DNA from: Candidatus Bathyarchaeota archaeon | GTDB lineage: Archaea; Thermoproteota; Bathyarchaeia; Bathyarchaeales; Bathycorpusculaceae | Direction of reading: 5' to 3' | Length of the DNA: 64,000 nt | Assembly: GCA_963717465.1 (NCBI GenBank) | Contig: OY970340.1 | Location: 352,001 to 416,000 of the forward strand | Part shown: positions 1-10,203 of the stretch, one piece after another | Layout of the letters: the number at the start of each line of letters is the position of its first letter | Position numbering within the stretch: the stretch's first letter is position 1 | Program-made: the position numbers and the translations under genes | Notes under the pieces: generated by a model | What the model was told of the DNA's origin: nothing | What the model saw: only the letters and a program-made list of their open reading frames with translations | Databases searched by the model: none

Positions 1-1
1 G

Positions 2-193
2 TTTGATAAGCTACCAAATGGGCCTAAAGTACCGTACTTTCCGCATATGCTTACGTGGTCAAAAGATATGCAGTACACGATTGTAAAATACAACACGCTA
101 TTCACAGCGGCACTCCAGCTTATGAAACAAACACAGGAACTAAGAGATCAAAAGAAAGAATTGCAGGCTAGCGCACGATGGGACACCATATAA
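2..193 (+). CDS. 3' end of a hypothetical protein, truncated by the window start
   Basis: Frame 2 is open from the window edge: FDKLPNGPKVPYFPHML...ASARWDTI, TAA at 191-193. Confidence 0.6.
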   Translation, partial: FDKLPNGPKVPYFPHMLTWSKDMQYTIVKYNTLFTAALQLMKQTQELRDQKKELQASARWDTI

Positions 194-272
194 AGAAAAT
201 TCGTCAATCAGGTATTCGATAGCGAGTTTCAGCAGAAAATATTTTAGAATCACGTTTGATTTTACATAAGGT

Positions 273-545
273 ATGCTGAATATTGTTAATTTCCTAATCG
301 GATTCGTGGTTGTTCTTGGTTGTTTATTCCTAATTGGGATAACTCGTGGACGGAGGATTTCACAAAAAACATGGGTATTTCTCTGGACAATCGTTTCATT
401 GTTGTTTGCCATTTTTCTAATCACATCTGCCATCATCGGCGATGAAACGTTGTTGAGCTACAGTTTAGGCGGTTCAATAGGATACGTGACTGCGGTTTCA
501 ATCCATACAATTGAACACGCGATAAAAGAAACTAAAAAAGGCTAA
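273..545 (+). CDS. Small membrane protein, about 3 TM helices
   Basis: 90-aa ORF with three hydrophobic stretches. Confidence 0.65.
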   Translation: MLNIVNFLIGFVVVLGCLFLIGITRGRRISQKTWVFLWTIVSLLFAIFLITSAIIGDETLLSYSLGGSIGYVTAVSIHTIEHAIKETKKG

Positions 546-546
546 C

Positions 547-1602
547 ATGATAAAAGTGTGCCAAAGCAGCAAAAACTTGGGAAATAACAAGACTAAACAA
601 AACATAAAGAAAGATGTAGAAAAAGAAAAGACTTTTATCTGCCCCCTTTTGTACTCGATTGAGGGGTTCATCATTAGCGCGCAAGATGTTTTAGCGATTC
701 AGCAGCAGTATAAAATAATAGGCAGATTTGATGAGCTTGAGGAAGCTCTTTTAGCGGTAAAAGCCAAAAAGCACATACTAATTGAGGGCCCTGTTGGTGT
801 GGGAAAGACAGTTATCGCTATGGCGCTGGCTAACTATCTCAAAAGAAACATCTACCGCGTTGACGGTGACGAACGTTATACGGAACAGAAGATGGTAGGC
901 TGGTTTGATCCTCCACAGGTTATGGCAAAGGGATATTGTCAAGAAGCTTTCATTGAAGGCCCACTCATGAAGTCCATGGATGAAGGCGCATTCCTCTTTA
1001 TCAATGAACTTAACAGGATGCCTGAGGGCACTCAAAACGTTTTATTGCCAGCCATGGATGAGAGAAAAATTGTCGTTCCACGAATCGGCACCGTCACGGC
1101 AAAGGATGGCTTCCTTATAATTGCCACACAGAACCCTGAAGAATACATTGGTACTAGTCGACTAAGCGAAGCATTAAAGGACAGGTTTGTCTGGGTGAAA
1201 CTGAACTATCAGCCTGAGCAGGAAGAGGAGGAAATCGTGAAAAAGGAAACCTGTTCTTCAGATCAAATTCTTATTAAACTTGCAGTGAAAATCGGGAGAA
1301 AAACAAGAGAAATTCCTGAAATAAGAAGGGGCGCATCAATCAGGGGAGCAATCGACATTGTCTCGATAATGCAGCAAGCCACTTCACGAAACATTGCAGA
1401 TTTAACAACTCCTGAAATAAAAAAGATCCTTGAAAAAGCAGCAGTGCTTTCTCTGACCTCTAAAGTGGAGCTAAGAGAAGGTTCCCACGAGAAACTCATC
1501 GAAATCATTAAAAAAACGGTTGGCAAAGTCTTAGAGGAAATTATTCTTCAGAAAAAACCTGAATTGAAAGAGCCTACAAAGGAGCATTCGGAAAATTTTT
1601 GA
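547..1602 (+). CDS. MoxR-family AAA+ ATPase; true start probably near 649-673
   Basis: Walker A GPVGVGKT, Walker B LFINE, ATQNP and ALKDRF motifs; overlaps the VWA gene. Confidence 0.92.
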   Translation: MIKVCQSSKNLGNNKTKQNIKKDVEKEKTFICPLLYSIEGFIISAQDVLAIQQQYKIIGRFDELEEALLAVKAKKHILIEGPVGVGKTVIAMALANYLKRNIYRVDGDERYTEQKMVGWFDPPQVMAKGYCQEAFIEGPLMKSMDEGAFLFINELNRMPEGTQNVLLPAMDERKIVVPRIGTVTAKDGFLIIATQNPEEYIGTSRLSEALKDRFVWVKLNYQPEQEEEEIVKKETCSSDQILIKLAVKIGRKTREIPEIRRGASIRGAIDIVSIMQQATSRNIADLTTPEIKKILEKAAVLSLTSKVELREGSHEKLIEIIKKTVGKVLEEIILQKKPELKEPTKEHSENF

Positions 1603-2534
1603 CAACCCTCCCTCTGGTGAGGGAGGATCTGAAACAGGGTGATTTTTTAAAAATTCGGCTTCTTATGGATAAGAGTCCCCAGACTTTAGCTGAGATTCTT
1701 CAAGACCCTGAAACCTTTAAGGAAATGCTGAAAGCTATTGAAAACGCTAACATGAAGCTTTCAGCTGCACTCTTTCTTTTTGAATTTCAATATCAAGACG
1801 CGCTCTTGACTTTGGAGCAGAAGCAGCTTGCAAAAGTTACGCTTATTCGAATCCTTATGCAGCTAGCTTCCAAGTTGTCTGCAAGGGGGATAAGGTCGAC
1901 ACAGCGAGTCCTCACCCCATTCAGGCCAGGACTAGACGAGATAGAGACCGAATGCACCATGGAGAACCTGCTGGGGAAGAAAATTGCCGAATACGAAGAC
2001 ATCATTATGGTGGATAAGCAGCCTAAGCAACGCGGAACCGTTCTGATGCTGGACATTAGCAATTCAATGCAGCGTGAAAAGATACTATTGGCAAGTTTAG
2101 CAATAGGTGTATTAGCTTACCGGTTAAAAGGAGAATACTACTCGATACTAACGTTTGCTGATAAAGTGGAAGTTATCAAGCAAATGGAAAAAACAATGAC
2201 CATCGAGGAATTGCTGGATAAGATGCTGGAAATTATGCCCAAAGGCGCAACGGACATAGGCAAAGCGTTAGATGAAGGACTTGAACAGCTTTCAAAGAAA
2301 GTTACCCATGAAAAAATTGGGATACTGATCACAGACGGCTGGGTAACAGCTGGCGACAACCCTGTGGACATTGCAAAAAACTACCCCAAACTGCACGTTC
2401 TGCAAGTACCAATCGGAGTAGGCGGCGGAGACGACCAAATGTGCATAGACATGGCTCAAGAAGGCAGAGGCATGAGACTTAAAATTAAGGATTTTGAAGA
2501 GATACCGCGCGCAATTCTTGAGGTTCTGAAATGA
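1599..2534 (+). CDS. von Willebrand factor A domain protein, MoxR partner
   Basis: MIDAS DISNSM, GATDIGKAL and ILITDG motifs. Confidence 0.92.
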   Translation: MTTLPLVREDLKQGDFLKIRLLMDKSPQTLAEILQDPETFKEMLKAIENANMKLSAALFLFEFQYQDALLTLEQKQLAKVTLIRILMQLASKLSARGIRSTQRVLTPFRPGLDEIETECTMENLLGKKIAEYEDIIMVDKQPKQRGTVLMLDISNSMQREKILLASLAIGVLAYRLKGEYYSILTFADKVEVIKQMEKTMTIEELLDKMLEIMPKGATDIGKALDEGLEQLSKKVTHEKIGILITDGWVTAGDNPVDIAKNYPKLHVLQVPIGVGGGDDQMCIDMAQEGRGMRLKIKDFEEIPRAILEVLK

Positions 2535-2776
2535 GATGAGGCGGAAGCGCATTTAAAATTAAACCCAAATCCAAACTTCCTAACTATCCTTAATTCTCGT
2601 TTTCCTAGGTTCATATTCCCTTATTCTTAATCTCTTTGTATTACATTAGCGTATCAAATATCACATAAACAAAACATGTTTCTATTAATCATATATAATG
2701 GTTTTGTGTGAGTTTCAATTAGAAAAGTTTTTATGAGTGAAAAATTAAGTTTTTTAGCCAGAAGGGAAGAGAATTC

Positions 2777-3259
2777 TTGTTCCAAAGAGCCGTTCACGAC
2801 GATATTGCAATTTTTGTTCTTTGGATCATGGTGGCTTTTGTTTGGCTCCCAATAAGATATTTTAATCAATTTTTAAACTGTGGAACTCCACAGTCGTATT
2901 TGTTGTTAGCTATTATTCTTGGCGTCTTTTTTGGTGCATTTTGCAAAGCCCCACTGTCATTGAGAGAATTGAGAATTATTGAAAAAAAAGGTGAGTACAG
3001 GCTTTCTGGGGAAACTTATTCGGTGATGGTTCTAATTGTTTTAGTTTTAAGCATTTTAGTGCTTGAGCTAAAGGTTGTTTCCCTTCAAGGGTTAACTATT
3101 GCATTATTCTTTTATTATCCCTCTATTCCTGCAGTCTTTTTAACGGAGGCTATTTTTTATTACAGATGGGAAAGAAAGAACCAGAGAAATCTTTACACTA
3201 AAGGAAATTTTTTCAGAACTATAACTCAGAACCAGAAAATTGAAAATTCAACTCATTAA
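2777..3259 (+). CDS. Hypothetical membrane protein, about 4 TM
   Basis: Hydrophobic, AT-rich ORF. Confidence 0.55.
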   Translation: MFQRAVHDDIAIFVLWIMVAFVWLPIRYFNQFLNCGTPQSYLLLAIILGVFFGAFCKAPLSLRELRIIEKKGEYRLSGETYSVMVLIVLVLSILVLELKVVSLQGLTIALFFYYPSIPAVFLTEAIFYYRWERKNQRNLYTKGNFFRTITQNQKIENSTH

Positions 3260-3431
3260 AATTTCCACTACTCGATTCTAAATCGTATCCCAAAAAAATT
3301 AATTATGATTTACCCCAAAAAGTCATTTCGTTACATAACCGAATTTCCAATGGTTAAAATAAGTCATATTTTCAACAAAAGCTAAAGGCAAACCATAAAC
3401 CAAAAATGCTTAAGCCCTAAGTTCATAATGA

Positions 3432-4277
3432 ATGACTAAGTATAACGTGTTGGCGCTTAGCACTGAATATTGGAAACCGAAACAGGATTACTTAGATGAC
3501 ATAATTGATGCAGTTGAAGGCAGAATAGAAGATAACGATTTTGCAGTTGTGTCTGAAAAGGCTATTTCAACGGCAACAGGCAACATCATAGACGAAGACA
3601 AAATCAGCCCAACATTAACTTCAAAAGTGTTATCGCGTTTTTGGATGAGAATTATCTGGGGATATTTTCTTGGACCTCTTTGCGGTTTTGGTCCAAGGCT
3701 TCTAAATCGCCTAAGAAATTACCCTTTGGAAAGTGGAAGCCGCCACAAACAAGCAGCCTTGCAATACGCTGGATTTACGCAAGCACTAATGTTTGGCTCA
3801 GAAGGTGGAATCGACGGCTCAAACCTACCATATTCATACGTAAGCCTGCCCCTAAAGAACCCTGATGAAGAGGCAGAGAAAATTCGCAAACACATCAAAA
3901 CTTGCCTCAAAAAAACCGTCAATGTAATAATCGTTGACACCGACAAAACTTACCAATTCAAAAATTTCTGCTTCACGCCTCGGCCCCACCCGATAAAGGG
4001 CATTCACTCCGTAGGAGGAATAAGCTTGTACCTCACTGGAAGGATGCTGAAGCTTAAAAAAAGCTCTACACCAATCGGAATTACAGGCTTCAAAATAAGC
4101 GCAGTAAGCGCTCTACAAATTGCAAACATTGCTGATAGAGCAAGGGGACCGGGTTCTGGCGCAACAGTTTGGGATATGGCAGCACGTTTCCATGTTCAGG
4201 TGAACGGAGTTAGCTGGGAAATGCTAACTAAAATGAAACATAAACCCTTGGTGCTAGTTAGAATTTCAAGTGAATAA
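3432..4277 (+). CDS. F420-0:gamma-glutamyl ligase (CofE)-like protein
   Basis: VVSEKAIS, GGIDGSN, LPLKNPD and VIIVDTD motifs of the CofE-like family. Confidence 0.8.
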   Translation: MTKYNVLALSTEYWKPKQDYLDDIIDAVEGRIEDNDFAVVSEKAISTATGNIIDEDKISPTLTSKVLSRFWMRIIWGYFLGPLCGFGPRLLNRLRNYPLESGSRHKQAALQYAGFTQALMFGSEGGIDGSNLPYSYVSLPLKNPDEEAEKIRKHIKTCLKKTVNVIIVDTDKTYQFKNFCFTPRPHPIKGIHSVGGISLYLTGRMLKLKKSSTPIGITGFKISAVSALQIANIADRARGPGSGATVWDMAARFHVQVNGVSWEMLTKMKHKPLVLVRISSE

Positions 4278-4363
4278 AAGTATTTAACATGCTCTCCAAC
4301 TACTAATTGTTAGCGAACCTTCTTGTAATCAAACTAATCAACAGAATCACTAAGGGTATAGGA

Positions 4364-5872
4364 ATGGAAGAAGACATACATAAGTTAGATTCATTTTTTA
4401 ACCCAAAATCGGTTGCAATAATCGGGGCTACTAAAAAAGTAGATAAAGCAGGATACGTGATCTTCAAAAACATCGCCAACAACAAGCAACATGGAATTTT
4501 CAAGGGAGAACTCTACCCCGTGAACCCCAATGACGACTCAATTTTAGGCTTCAAATGTTACCCTTCAATCACAAAGATACCAAACGAAATCGAGTTAATC
4601 GTCGTCATAATTCCAGCGAACCTTGTTTTGGGCATTTTGGAAGAAGCCGCCACGAAAAAAGTTAAGACGGCAATTATAATAAGTTCAGGATTCAGAGAAA
4701 TCGGCAACGTTCAACTTGAAGAACAATTAGTTGACGTAGCCAAGAAAAATGGCATAAGAATTCTGGGACCCAACTGTTTAGGAGTTTATTATTCGAAAAC
4801 TGGTATTGACACGCTTTTTCTCCCAGAAACCAAAGTTCTAACAACCGGGGATGACGTGGTTGCAACGCCAAGACCTATGCCTGGCAACATAGCCATGGTC
4901 ACTCAAAGCGGAGCATTCGGCGTTGCCGCTATGGACTACTTAACTGGCAGGCAGATGGGCATTAGCAAATTTGTAAGTTTCGGCAACAAGTGCGATGTAA
5001 CAGAAACAGACATTCTCCATTACCTTCTGCATGACAAGGAAACGCAGGTCATACTTGTTTACTTGGAAGACATAAAATCAGGCAAAGAATTCCTGAAAAC
5101 TTCCAAGAAAGTAACTGTTAAAAAACCGGTTGTCGTCATCAAATCGGGAAAGAGTGAAGCGGGTGCACGAGCTGCAGCCTCGCATACTGGCGCGATTGCT
5201 GGGTCAGACAAGATATATGATGCTGCTTTTGAGCAGGGTGGAATTATAAGAGCAAGGGACATGGAGGAGTTCTTCGACGTTGGAAAAGCATTGGCGATGC
5301 AGCCGCCTGCTCAAGGCAAGAACGTCGGCATACTAACGGACGCTGGTGGACCAGGAGTTATGACGGTTGATGAATGTGAACTTTTAGGGCTCACTGTAGA
5401 GCATTTTTCGGACGAAACCAGTCAGAAATTCAAGGAACTTAAAGATGAAAACGTGATATTGCAGATTGCGGCCACTTCGAATCCTGTTGACCTTACAGGT
5501 TCAGTTACTGATGACATGTTCAAAATCGCCTCAGACATCATGTTCCAAGACAAAGATATTTACGGCATAATTTTGCTGGGGCTTCACCACATGCCGGGCC
5601 TGAAAGAAAAATACATTGGTGACGTGGTAAAAGTTGCTTCAAACTACTGCAAACCCATAGTAATGTGCGACATCGGCGAAACAGAAATGGCCCTCTACAC
5701 AAGATCCAGGTTTGATAAACTCGGCGTGCCCTCTTACTCCTCGCCTGAAGACGCCGCGAGAGCCATGAAAGCATTGGTAACTTATGGTTCATACCTGCAA
5801 AAAAATAATTGCCTAGAAGAATACCTCGCAGAATTCCAGAAAAGAAAAAACAACACTAAAATACCGCAGTAA
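4364..5872 (+). CDS. acdA: ADP-forming acetate/acyl-CoA ligase, alpha subunit
   Basis: FFNPKSVAIIGA, ILGPNCLG, TQSGAFG, SFGNKCDV and phospho-His SHTGAIAG. Confidence 0.92.
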   Translation: MEEDIHKLDSFFNPKSVAIIGATKKVDKAGYVIFKNIANNKQHGIFKGELYPVNPNDDSILGFKCYPSITKIPNEIELIVVIIPANLVLGILEEAATKKVKTAIIISSGFREIGNVQLEEQLVDVAKKNGIRILGPNCLGVYYSKTGIDTLFLPETKVLTTGDDVVATPRPMPGNIAMVTQSGAFGVAAMDYLTGRQMGISKFVSFGNKCDVTETDILHYLLHDKETQVILVYLEDIKSGKEFLKTSKKVTVKKPVVVIKSGKSEAGARAAASHTGAIAGSDKIYDAAFEQGGIIRARDMEEFFDVGKALAMQPPAQGKNVGILTDAGGPGVMTVDECELLGLTVEHFSDETSQKFKELKDENVILQIAATSNPVDLTGSVTDDMFKIASDIMFQDKDIYGIILLGLHHMPGLKEKYIGDVVKVASNYCKPIVMCDIGETEMALYTRSRFDKLGVPSYSSPEDAARAMKALVTYGSYLQKNNCLEEYLAEFQKRKNNTKIPQ

Positions 5873-6230
5873 CGACAACTCGACTCCCATCAATCAACTT
5901 CAACTTTTCACGCAGATAAACCGGAGCAATAACCTCCAAAACATCACTCGGATAATCAGGCATTATAGGAATCACAATCCCACAGTCAAAACCATTAATT
6001 TGCGCTTTGAATAGTTTGCCAGGTAAGTAGCCTTTCTCAGGCAAAATATCCATTGCCCCCGAAGTCTTAAGCAAATTCGTGTTTTTATTTTCTTTTTCTA
6101 AACGTATGTTTAATGTTCCAGGAAAAGGAATAAAATTCAATTTTTCATTTATCTGCCGCTCGACCCATGGTAAATTGGTGAATTTTTTGCCGTTGCCCTT
6201 GCCTGAAAAAACGGTGCCTGCTAACTCCAT
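5856..6230 (-). CDS. ribK: Archaeal CTP-dependent riboflavin kinase, without HTH domain
   Basis: GTVFSGKGNG, PFPGTLN and LEVIAPVYLREKLKL motifs. Confidence 0.9.
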   Translation of the reverse strand: MELAGTVFSGKGNGKKFTNLPWVERQINEKLNFIPFPGTLNIRLEKENKNTNLLKTSGAMDILPEKGYLPGKLFKAQINGFDCGIVIPIMPDYPSDVLEVIAPVYLREKLKLIDGSRVVVTAVF

Positions 6231-6267
6231 TTTTTGCAAAAGCAAGCCTTCGAAGGTTGCTTAGAGC

Positions 6268-6636
6268 TTATTTTTGTTCTTTTAGCCATTGGGCGACCTT
6301 TTTCAGGGTTGCATCTGATGAAATGTCAACGACTGGAATGATCATTTTTTCTTTTGTCTCGATCGTCGGGGAGTATTTGGGCATCAGCGCGTATCCGACA
6401 AAAGTCCAATAAACCTTGCCTGCTTCTAAAAGCTCCTTAGCAACCGCGGCTGTTGAAGCAGTCAGGGGGAAATATAGGAAAACTACTCCATCAACCCAAT
6501 ATAAACCTGCAAGTTTGCCTCCGGCAATTACTGATGTAAAACGTGCTATTTCGTCAGGCGATTCGAACCGTGTCTTCTCCATAATAACTATTTCCTTAAA
6601 TGGTTCATAACTAATCTTGACATCGTTCTTGCTCAT
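6268..6636 (-). CDS. Hypothetical protein
   Basis: 122-aa ORF with a GGTGA SD, co-oriented with ribK. Confidence 0.7.
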   Translation of the reverse strand: MSKNDVKISYEPFKEIVIMEKTRFESPDEIARFTSVIAGGKLAGLYWVDGVVFLYFPLTASTAAVAKELLEAGKVYWTFVGYALMPKYSPTIETKEKMIIPVVDISSDATLKKVAQWLKEQK

Positions 6637-6805
6637 TCGTTTTCACCGATTGCTTACTTAATTTGTAAATGGCTCCCTTTTAATTTTACCTATAGCTTAT
6701 CCTTCCAGAAAATAGGTTTGCTTAATATGTAATGTTAAGCTTACCATTTATTCAGATGCGGAAATGGCGCTTGAATAATTCCTTGTTTGCGAATAATTAT
6801 CTTCT

Positions 6806-6853
6806 TGTGGGAAATAATTTAAATCTGTGGGGAATATCTATTTTTGGTGGGAA
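6806..6853 (+). promoter_or_regulatory. Probable antitoxin operator array: three GTGGG(G/A)A boxes at 20-bp spacing around a TATA-like element
   Basis: tGTGGGAA at 6806, tGTGGGGA at 6826, gGTGGGAA at 6846; TTTAAAT between boxes 1 and 2; ATG at 6860. Confidence 0.5.
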
Positions 6854-6859
6854 CAGATT

Positions 6860-7111
6860 ATGGTTGAGACCACGACTAAACTGGATGAGAAAGGACGCGT
6901 TAGAATTCCCAAGCAAATCAGGGAAGCTGCTCAGCTTAAAGAGGGAAGCTGTGTCAACATCAAAGCAAAAGGTAAAACTATAATCATTGAACCTGCTGAG
7001 CCTGTAGCTGACAAATACTACGGAGCATTCAAAGTGGAAAAATGGCCTGAGGATATGGATGAATTCGTTGGAGAGGAAATGCAGAAACGCTGGAAACAAC
7101 GAAGTACGTAG
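6860..7111 (+). CDS. vapB: AbrB/MazE-type antitoxin (VapB)
   Basis: KLDEKGRVRIPKQIREAAQLKEG swapped-hairpin motif, upstream of a PIN gene. Confidence 0.88.
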   Translation: MVETTTKLDEKGRVRIPKQIREAAQLKEGSCVNIKAKGKTIIIEPAEPVADKYYGAFKVEKWPEDMDEFVGEEMQKRWKQRST

Positions 7112-7509
7112 ATGTCAACATATTTGTTTACTGGCTAGGTAAACATCCGAAATTCGGTGAAACAGCATACAAGTGGATCCAAAAAATCGAAAACTCTGCC
7201 AGCAAGGAATACGTTACTTCAAGCTTGACAGTCTACGAAACTCTTGTTATACTGGCCGGACTTTCCAAAAGAAACCTAAAAGATAACGAACTTGTGGAAG
7301 AGGTCACCAACGCCTTAACGAACATGAAAGGCTTAACAATTGAGCCCCTCAAACTCGAGGACCTCAAAGCTGCAACAGACCTGATGGGGAACCACAAAAT
7401 CGATTATGAAGACGCATTACACTTGGCCGTTGCAATGAGAATTGGTGCCCAAGAAATAATATCAAACGACAAACACTTTGCCACTACCAACATAAAAAGA
7501 ATTATTTAA
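7090..7509 (+). CDS. vapC: PIN-domain VapC toxin with apparent CTG start
   Basis: YVDVNIFVY, TVYE, DYEDALHLA and ISNDKHF in one frame; the ORF track starts too late at 7225. Confidence 0.85.
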   Translation: METTKYVDVNIFVYWLGKHPKFGETAYKWIQKIENSASKEYVTSSLTVYETLVILAGLSKRNLKDNELVEEVTNALTNMKGLTIEPLKLEDLKAATDLMGNHKIDYEDALHLAVAMRIGAQEIISNDKHFATTNIKRII

Positions 7510-7680
7510 GGAATCGTGCATATTACCGAAATTCTTCAGCGTCTCTTTTCGCCGCTTTTTCTTTGAAACCTGGAAACTAAACACCGACCGAGACTGCAAC
7601 TTGTCTTAATGTAAGGAAAAAAGTTATAGCGTAGGTGAGCGTTAAGCCTTCAACAACGATTCATGTTCGGATGGTTATTT

Positions 7681-8760
7681 ATGCCTGAAATCCGCGTGGC
7701 ACTTGTAGGTGTCGGCAATAGTGCATCAGCCCTGATTCAGGGCACACAATATTACAAGGATGCAAAAGAAACAGAGACCGTTCCAGGACTTATGCATGTT
7801 AGCTACGGTGGTTACCACATAAAGGACATAAGATTTGTAGCGGCTTTTGAAGTAAACAAGGACAAGATAGGCAAAGACCTATCAGAAGCAATCTTCACTA
7901 AGCCGAACTGCTGCGAAAAATTCTCAAAAGTACCGAACCTCGGCGTAAAAGTTTCTCCTGCGCCTATACTGGATGGAGTTGCTCCGCATATGCGAGAGAC
8001 TTTTAACGTTTATGATGATAGTAAAACAGATAAGGCAAGCGTTGTTAAAATTCTCAAGGATTGCAAAACGCAAGTGCTTGTGAATTATCTTCCTGTTGGA
8101 AGTCATGATGCTGCACGGTTTTATGCTCAATGTGCTATGGATGCGGGTTGCGCGTTTGTTAATTGTATGCCTGAATTCATTGGTTCCGAGAAGGAATGGT
8201 CAGATAAATTCTTGAATGCTGGGTTGCCAGTGCTGGGTGATGACATAAAAAGCCAGGTTGGTGCGACGATTTTGCATCGCACTTTGGTGAGGCTTTGCCT
8301 TGATCGCGGAGTAATCGTTGATGAAACATACCAGCTTAATTTAGGTGGAGATACTGATTTTCAAAACATGACTGTTGAGAACCGCCTGAAATCCAAACGC
8401 ATCAGCAAAACTGAAGCAGTGACAAGCCTTGTACCATACGAGTTGCCAACACGGATTGGCCCGTCAGATTATGTTGGTTTTCTGAATAACAAGAAAATCT
8501 GTTATATTTCGCTTAAAGGTCGCAAGTTTGGTGATCGCCCGATTAATATTAGCCTTAAGCTTGAGGTTGAGGATTCACCTAACAGCGCTGGAGTGGTGAT
8601 TGATTTGATTCGCGCGGCTAAAATAGCATTAGACCGCAAAATCGCAGGTGCGCTGTTAAGCATGCCTTCGTATGCGTTTAAGCATCCGCCGATTCAAGTG
8701 CCTGATTCACAAGCTAGGCAATGGACGGAAGATTGGATAGCAGGCAAACGGGAAAGATAA
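7681..8760 (+). CDS. ino1: myo-inositol-1-phosphate synthase
   Basis: VGVGNSAS, NYLPVGS, GDDIKSQVGAT, QLNLGGDTDF and EDSPNSAG motifs. Confidence 0.95.
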   Translation: MPEIRVALVGVGNSASALIQGTQYYKDAKETETVPGLMHVSYGGYHIKDIRFVAAFEVNKDKIGKDLSEAIFTKPNCCEKFSKVPNLGVKVSPAPILDGVAPHMRETFNVYDDSKTDKASVVKILKDCKTQVLVNYLPVGSHDAARFYAQCAMDAGCAFVNCMPEFIGSEKEWSDKFLNAGLPVLGDDIKSQVGATILHRTLVRLCLDRGVIVDETYQLNLGGDTDFQNMTVENRLKSKRISKTEAVTSLVPYELPTRIGPSDYVGFLNNKKICYISLKGRKFGDRPINISLKLEVEDSPNSAGVVIDLIRAAKIALDRKIAGALLSMPSYAFKHPPIQVPDSQARQWTEDWIAGKRER

Positions 8761-8865
8761 GGTTAGCATTTGAATGGATGTAGTTAGTTGCGTTTGATGA
8801 TGTGGAAGATTTTTAAGCTTGAAATTATAATTTAGAAACTGTTTAGAAACTAAAAGGTGCAAGTT

Positions 8866-9273
8866 ATGGTACGTGTTGGAAATTATGAAGTTCCAGAAGG
8901 GCTCTATTACTCGAAAGATTTTGAATGGATAAAGATTGAAGCAGATAAAGTTCGGATGGGTATAACTGATTACGCTCAAAAATCGTTAAGAGAAATCGTT
9001 TTTGCCCAAATGAATCCATCCGGAACTGAAGTGAAGCAGGGAGAACCGTATGGTTCAGTGGAATCCGTTAAAGCTGTTTCAGACTTAATCTCAGCAGCAA
9101 GCGGAACTATCGAAAAAGTTAACGAGGAAGTGCAGTCTAAACCAGAACTGATAAACGAAGATCCCTACGGGAAAGGCTGGCTAATCATACTTAAACCCTC
9201 GAACCTAAACGCTGAACTTGCTAACTTAATGGATTTCAATAAAGCCGTCGAATGGCATAAAGCTCAAAAGTAA
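8866..9273 (+). CDS. gcvH: Glycine cleavage H protein (lipoyl carrier)
   Basis: GITDYAQ, lipoyl-Lys VESVKAVSD and PELINEDPYGKGW. Confidence 0.93.
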   Translation: MVRVGNYEVPEGLYYSKDFEWIKIEADKVRMGITDYAQKSLREIVFAQMNPSGTEVKQGEPYGSVESVKAVSDLISAASGTIEKVNEEVQSKPELINEDPYGKGWLIILKPSNLNAELANLMDFNKAVEWHKAQK

Positions 9274-9328
9274 GCGCACGTCACGTCATCTCTTAAATAA
9301 AGAGACCCTCTTTTTATTGGCTTAGATA

Positions 9329-9363
9329 ACATGCTTAAGTTAACTTTCGGACTTAAGCCATGT
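9329..9363. terminator. Inverted repeat between convergent gcvH and ferritin genes, possible terminator
   Basis: acatGCTTAAGT-N10-ACTTAAGCcatgt. Confidence 0.35.
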
Positions 9364-9436
9364 ATTCTTGTTAATGGTTAACAAAAATGATTTTTGTTTG
9401 TTGTTTTTGTTTTGATTCTTGCTTTATTTTACATGT

Positions 9437-9877
9437 TTATGGCTGAGTGAATGGTTCAGTCATTCCAGCTAGCAATTTTCCAAACGTGTTGATGTGCGTT
9501 TCTTCGTCAGCTAAAATTTCTTCGAGCAAGCGTCTTGTGGTGTAGTCTCCTTCTTCAGCAGCTGTCTGGATTCCATGCTTGTAAAGTTCGATTGCGCCTT
9601 CCTCGTCTTCTTCATTCTGCCTTAACATTTCGATCAAGCTTCCGCCGACAAATATGGGTTCAGGTTTAGTTGTTGGTATGCCATTTAAGTAGTCGAGCCG
9701 CTCGGCAAGCCTTTCAGCATGCTTCATCTCGGCAATAGCGATTTTTCTGAAAGTGCCCTCGGTAATTGCGCCGTTTAATCCTGTTACTTGTATATGTTGC
9801 CACATGTATTGAATGGAAACTTGAAGTTCGCGTGCGATAGCCTCGTTTAAGAGGTCGAGCAGTTTTTTTGAAGCCAT
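9437..9877 (-). CDS. Ferritin/bacterioferritin-like di-iron protein
   Basis: ELQVSIQY, EMKH, EEGAIELY and DEETH di-iron motifs. Confidence 0.88.
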   Translation of the reverse strand: MASKKLLDLLNEAIARELQVSIQYMWQHIQVTGLNGAITEGTFRKIAIAEMKHAERLAERLDYLNGIPTTKPEPIFVGGSLIEMLRQNEEDEEGAIELYKHGIQTAAEEGDYTTRRLLEEILADEETHINTFGKLLAGMTEPFTQP

Positions 9878-10041
9878 AAAAATCCTTCTATTAAGCAAGT
9901 AGCCTACTTCATGTATTTAACATGTTTGTTTCGGAACAATTTAGCCAGTAAGAAACAGGAAGCTATTCGTTAATGTTATGCAAAAAGTATATTTGACAGG
10001 TAGCCATCAAAGTCTTAGCCAAAACAGAAGGTTACTGCTAA

Positions 10042-10203
10042 ATGCCCATACTTGATCCAGTTAAAAAAGCAATAGCGCAAAAGCACAGGTTGTACATGAA
10101 GATTTGCAGGGACTGCGGCGCACGGAACGCTGAAACCGCAATAAAATGCAGAAAATGCAAAGGAAAAAACCTGCGCTGGAAGAAACGAGAAATAGTAAAG
10201 TAA
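10042..10203 (+). CDS. rpl40e: 50S ribosomal protein L40e, absent from the ORF track
   Basis: MPILDPVKKAIAQKHRLYMKICRDCGARNAETAIKCRKCKGKNLRWKKREIVK. Confidence 0.95.
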   Translation: MPILDPVKKAIAQKHRLYMKICRDCGARNAETAIKCRKCKGKNLRWKKREIVK

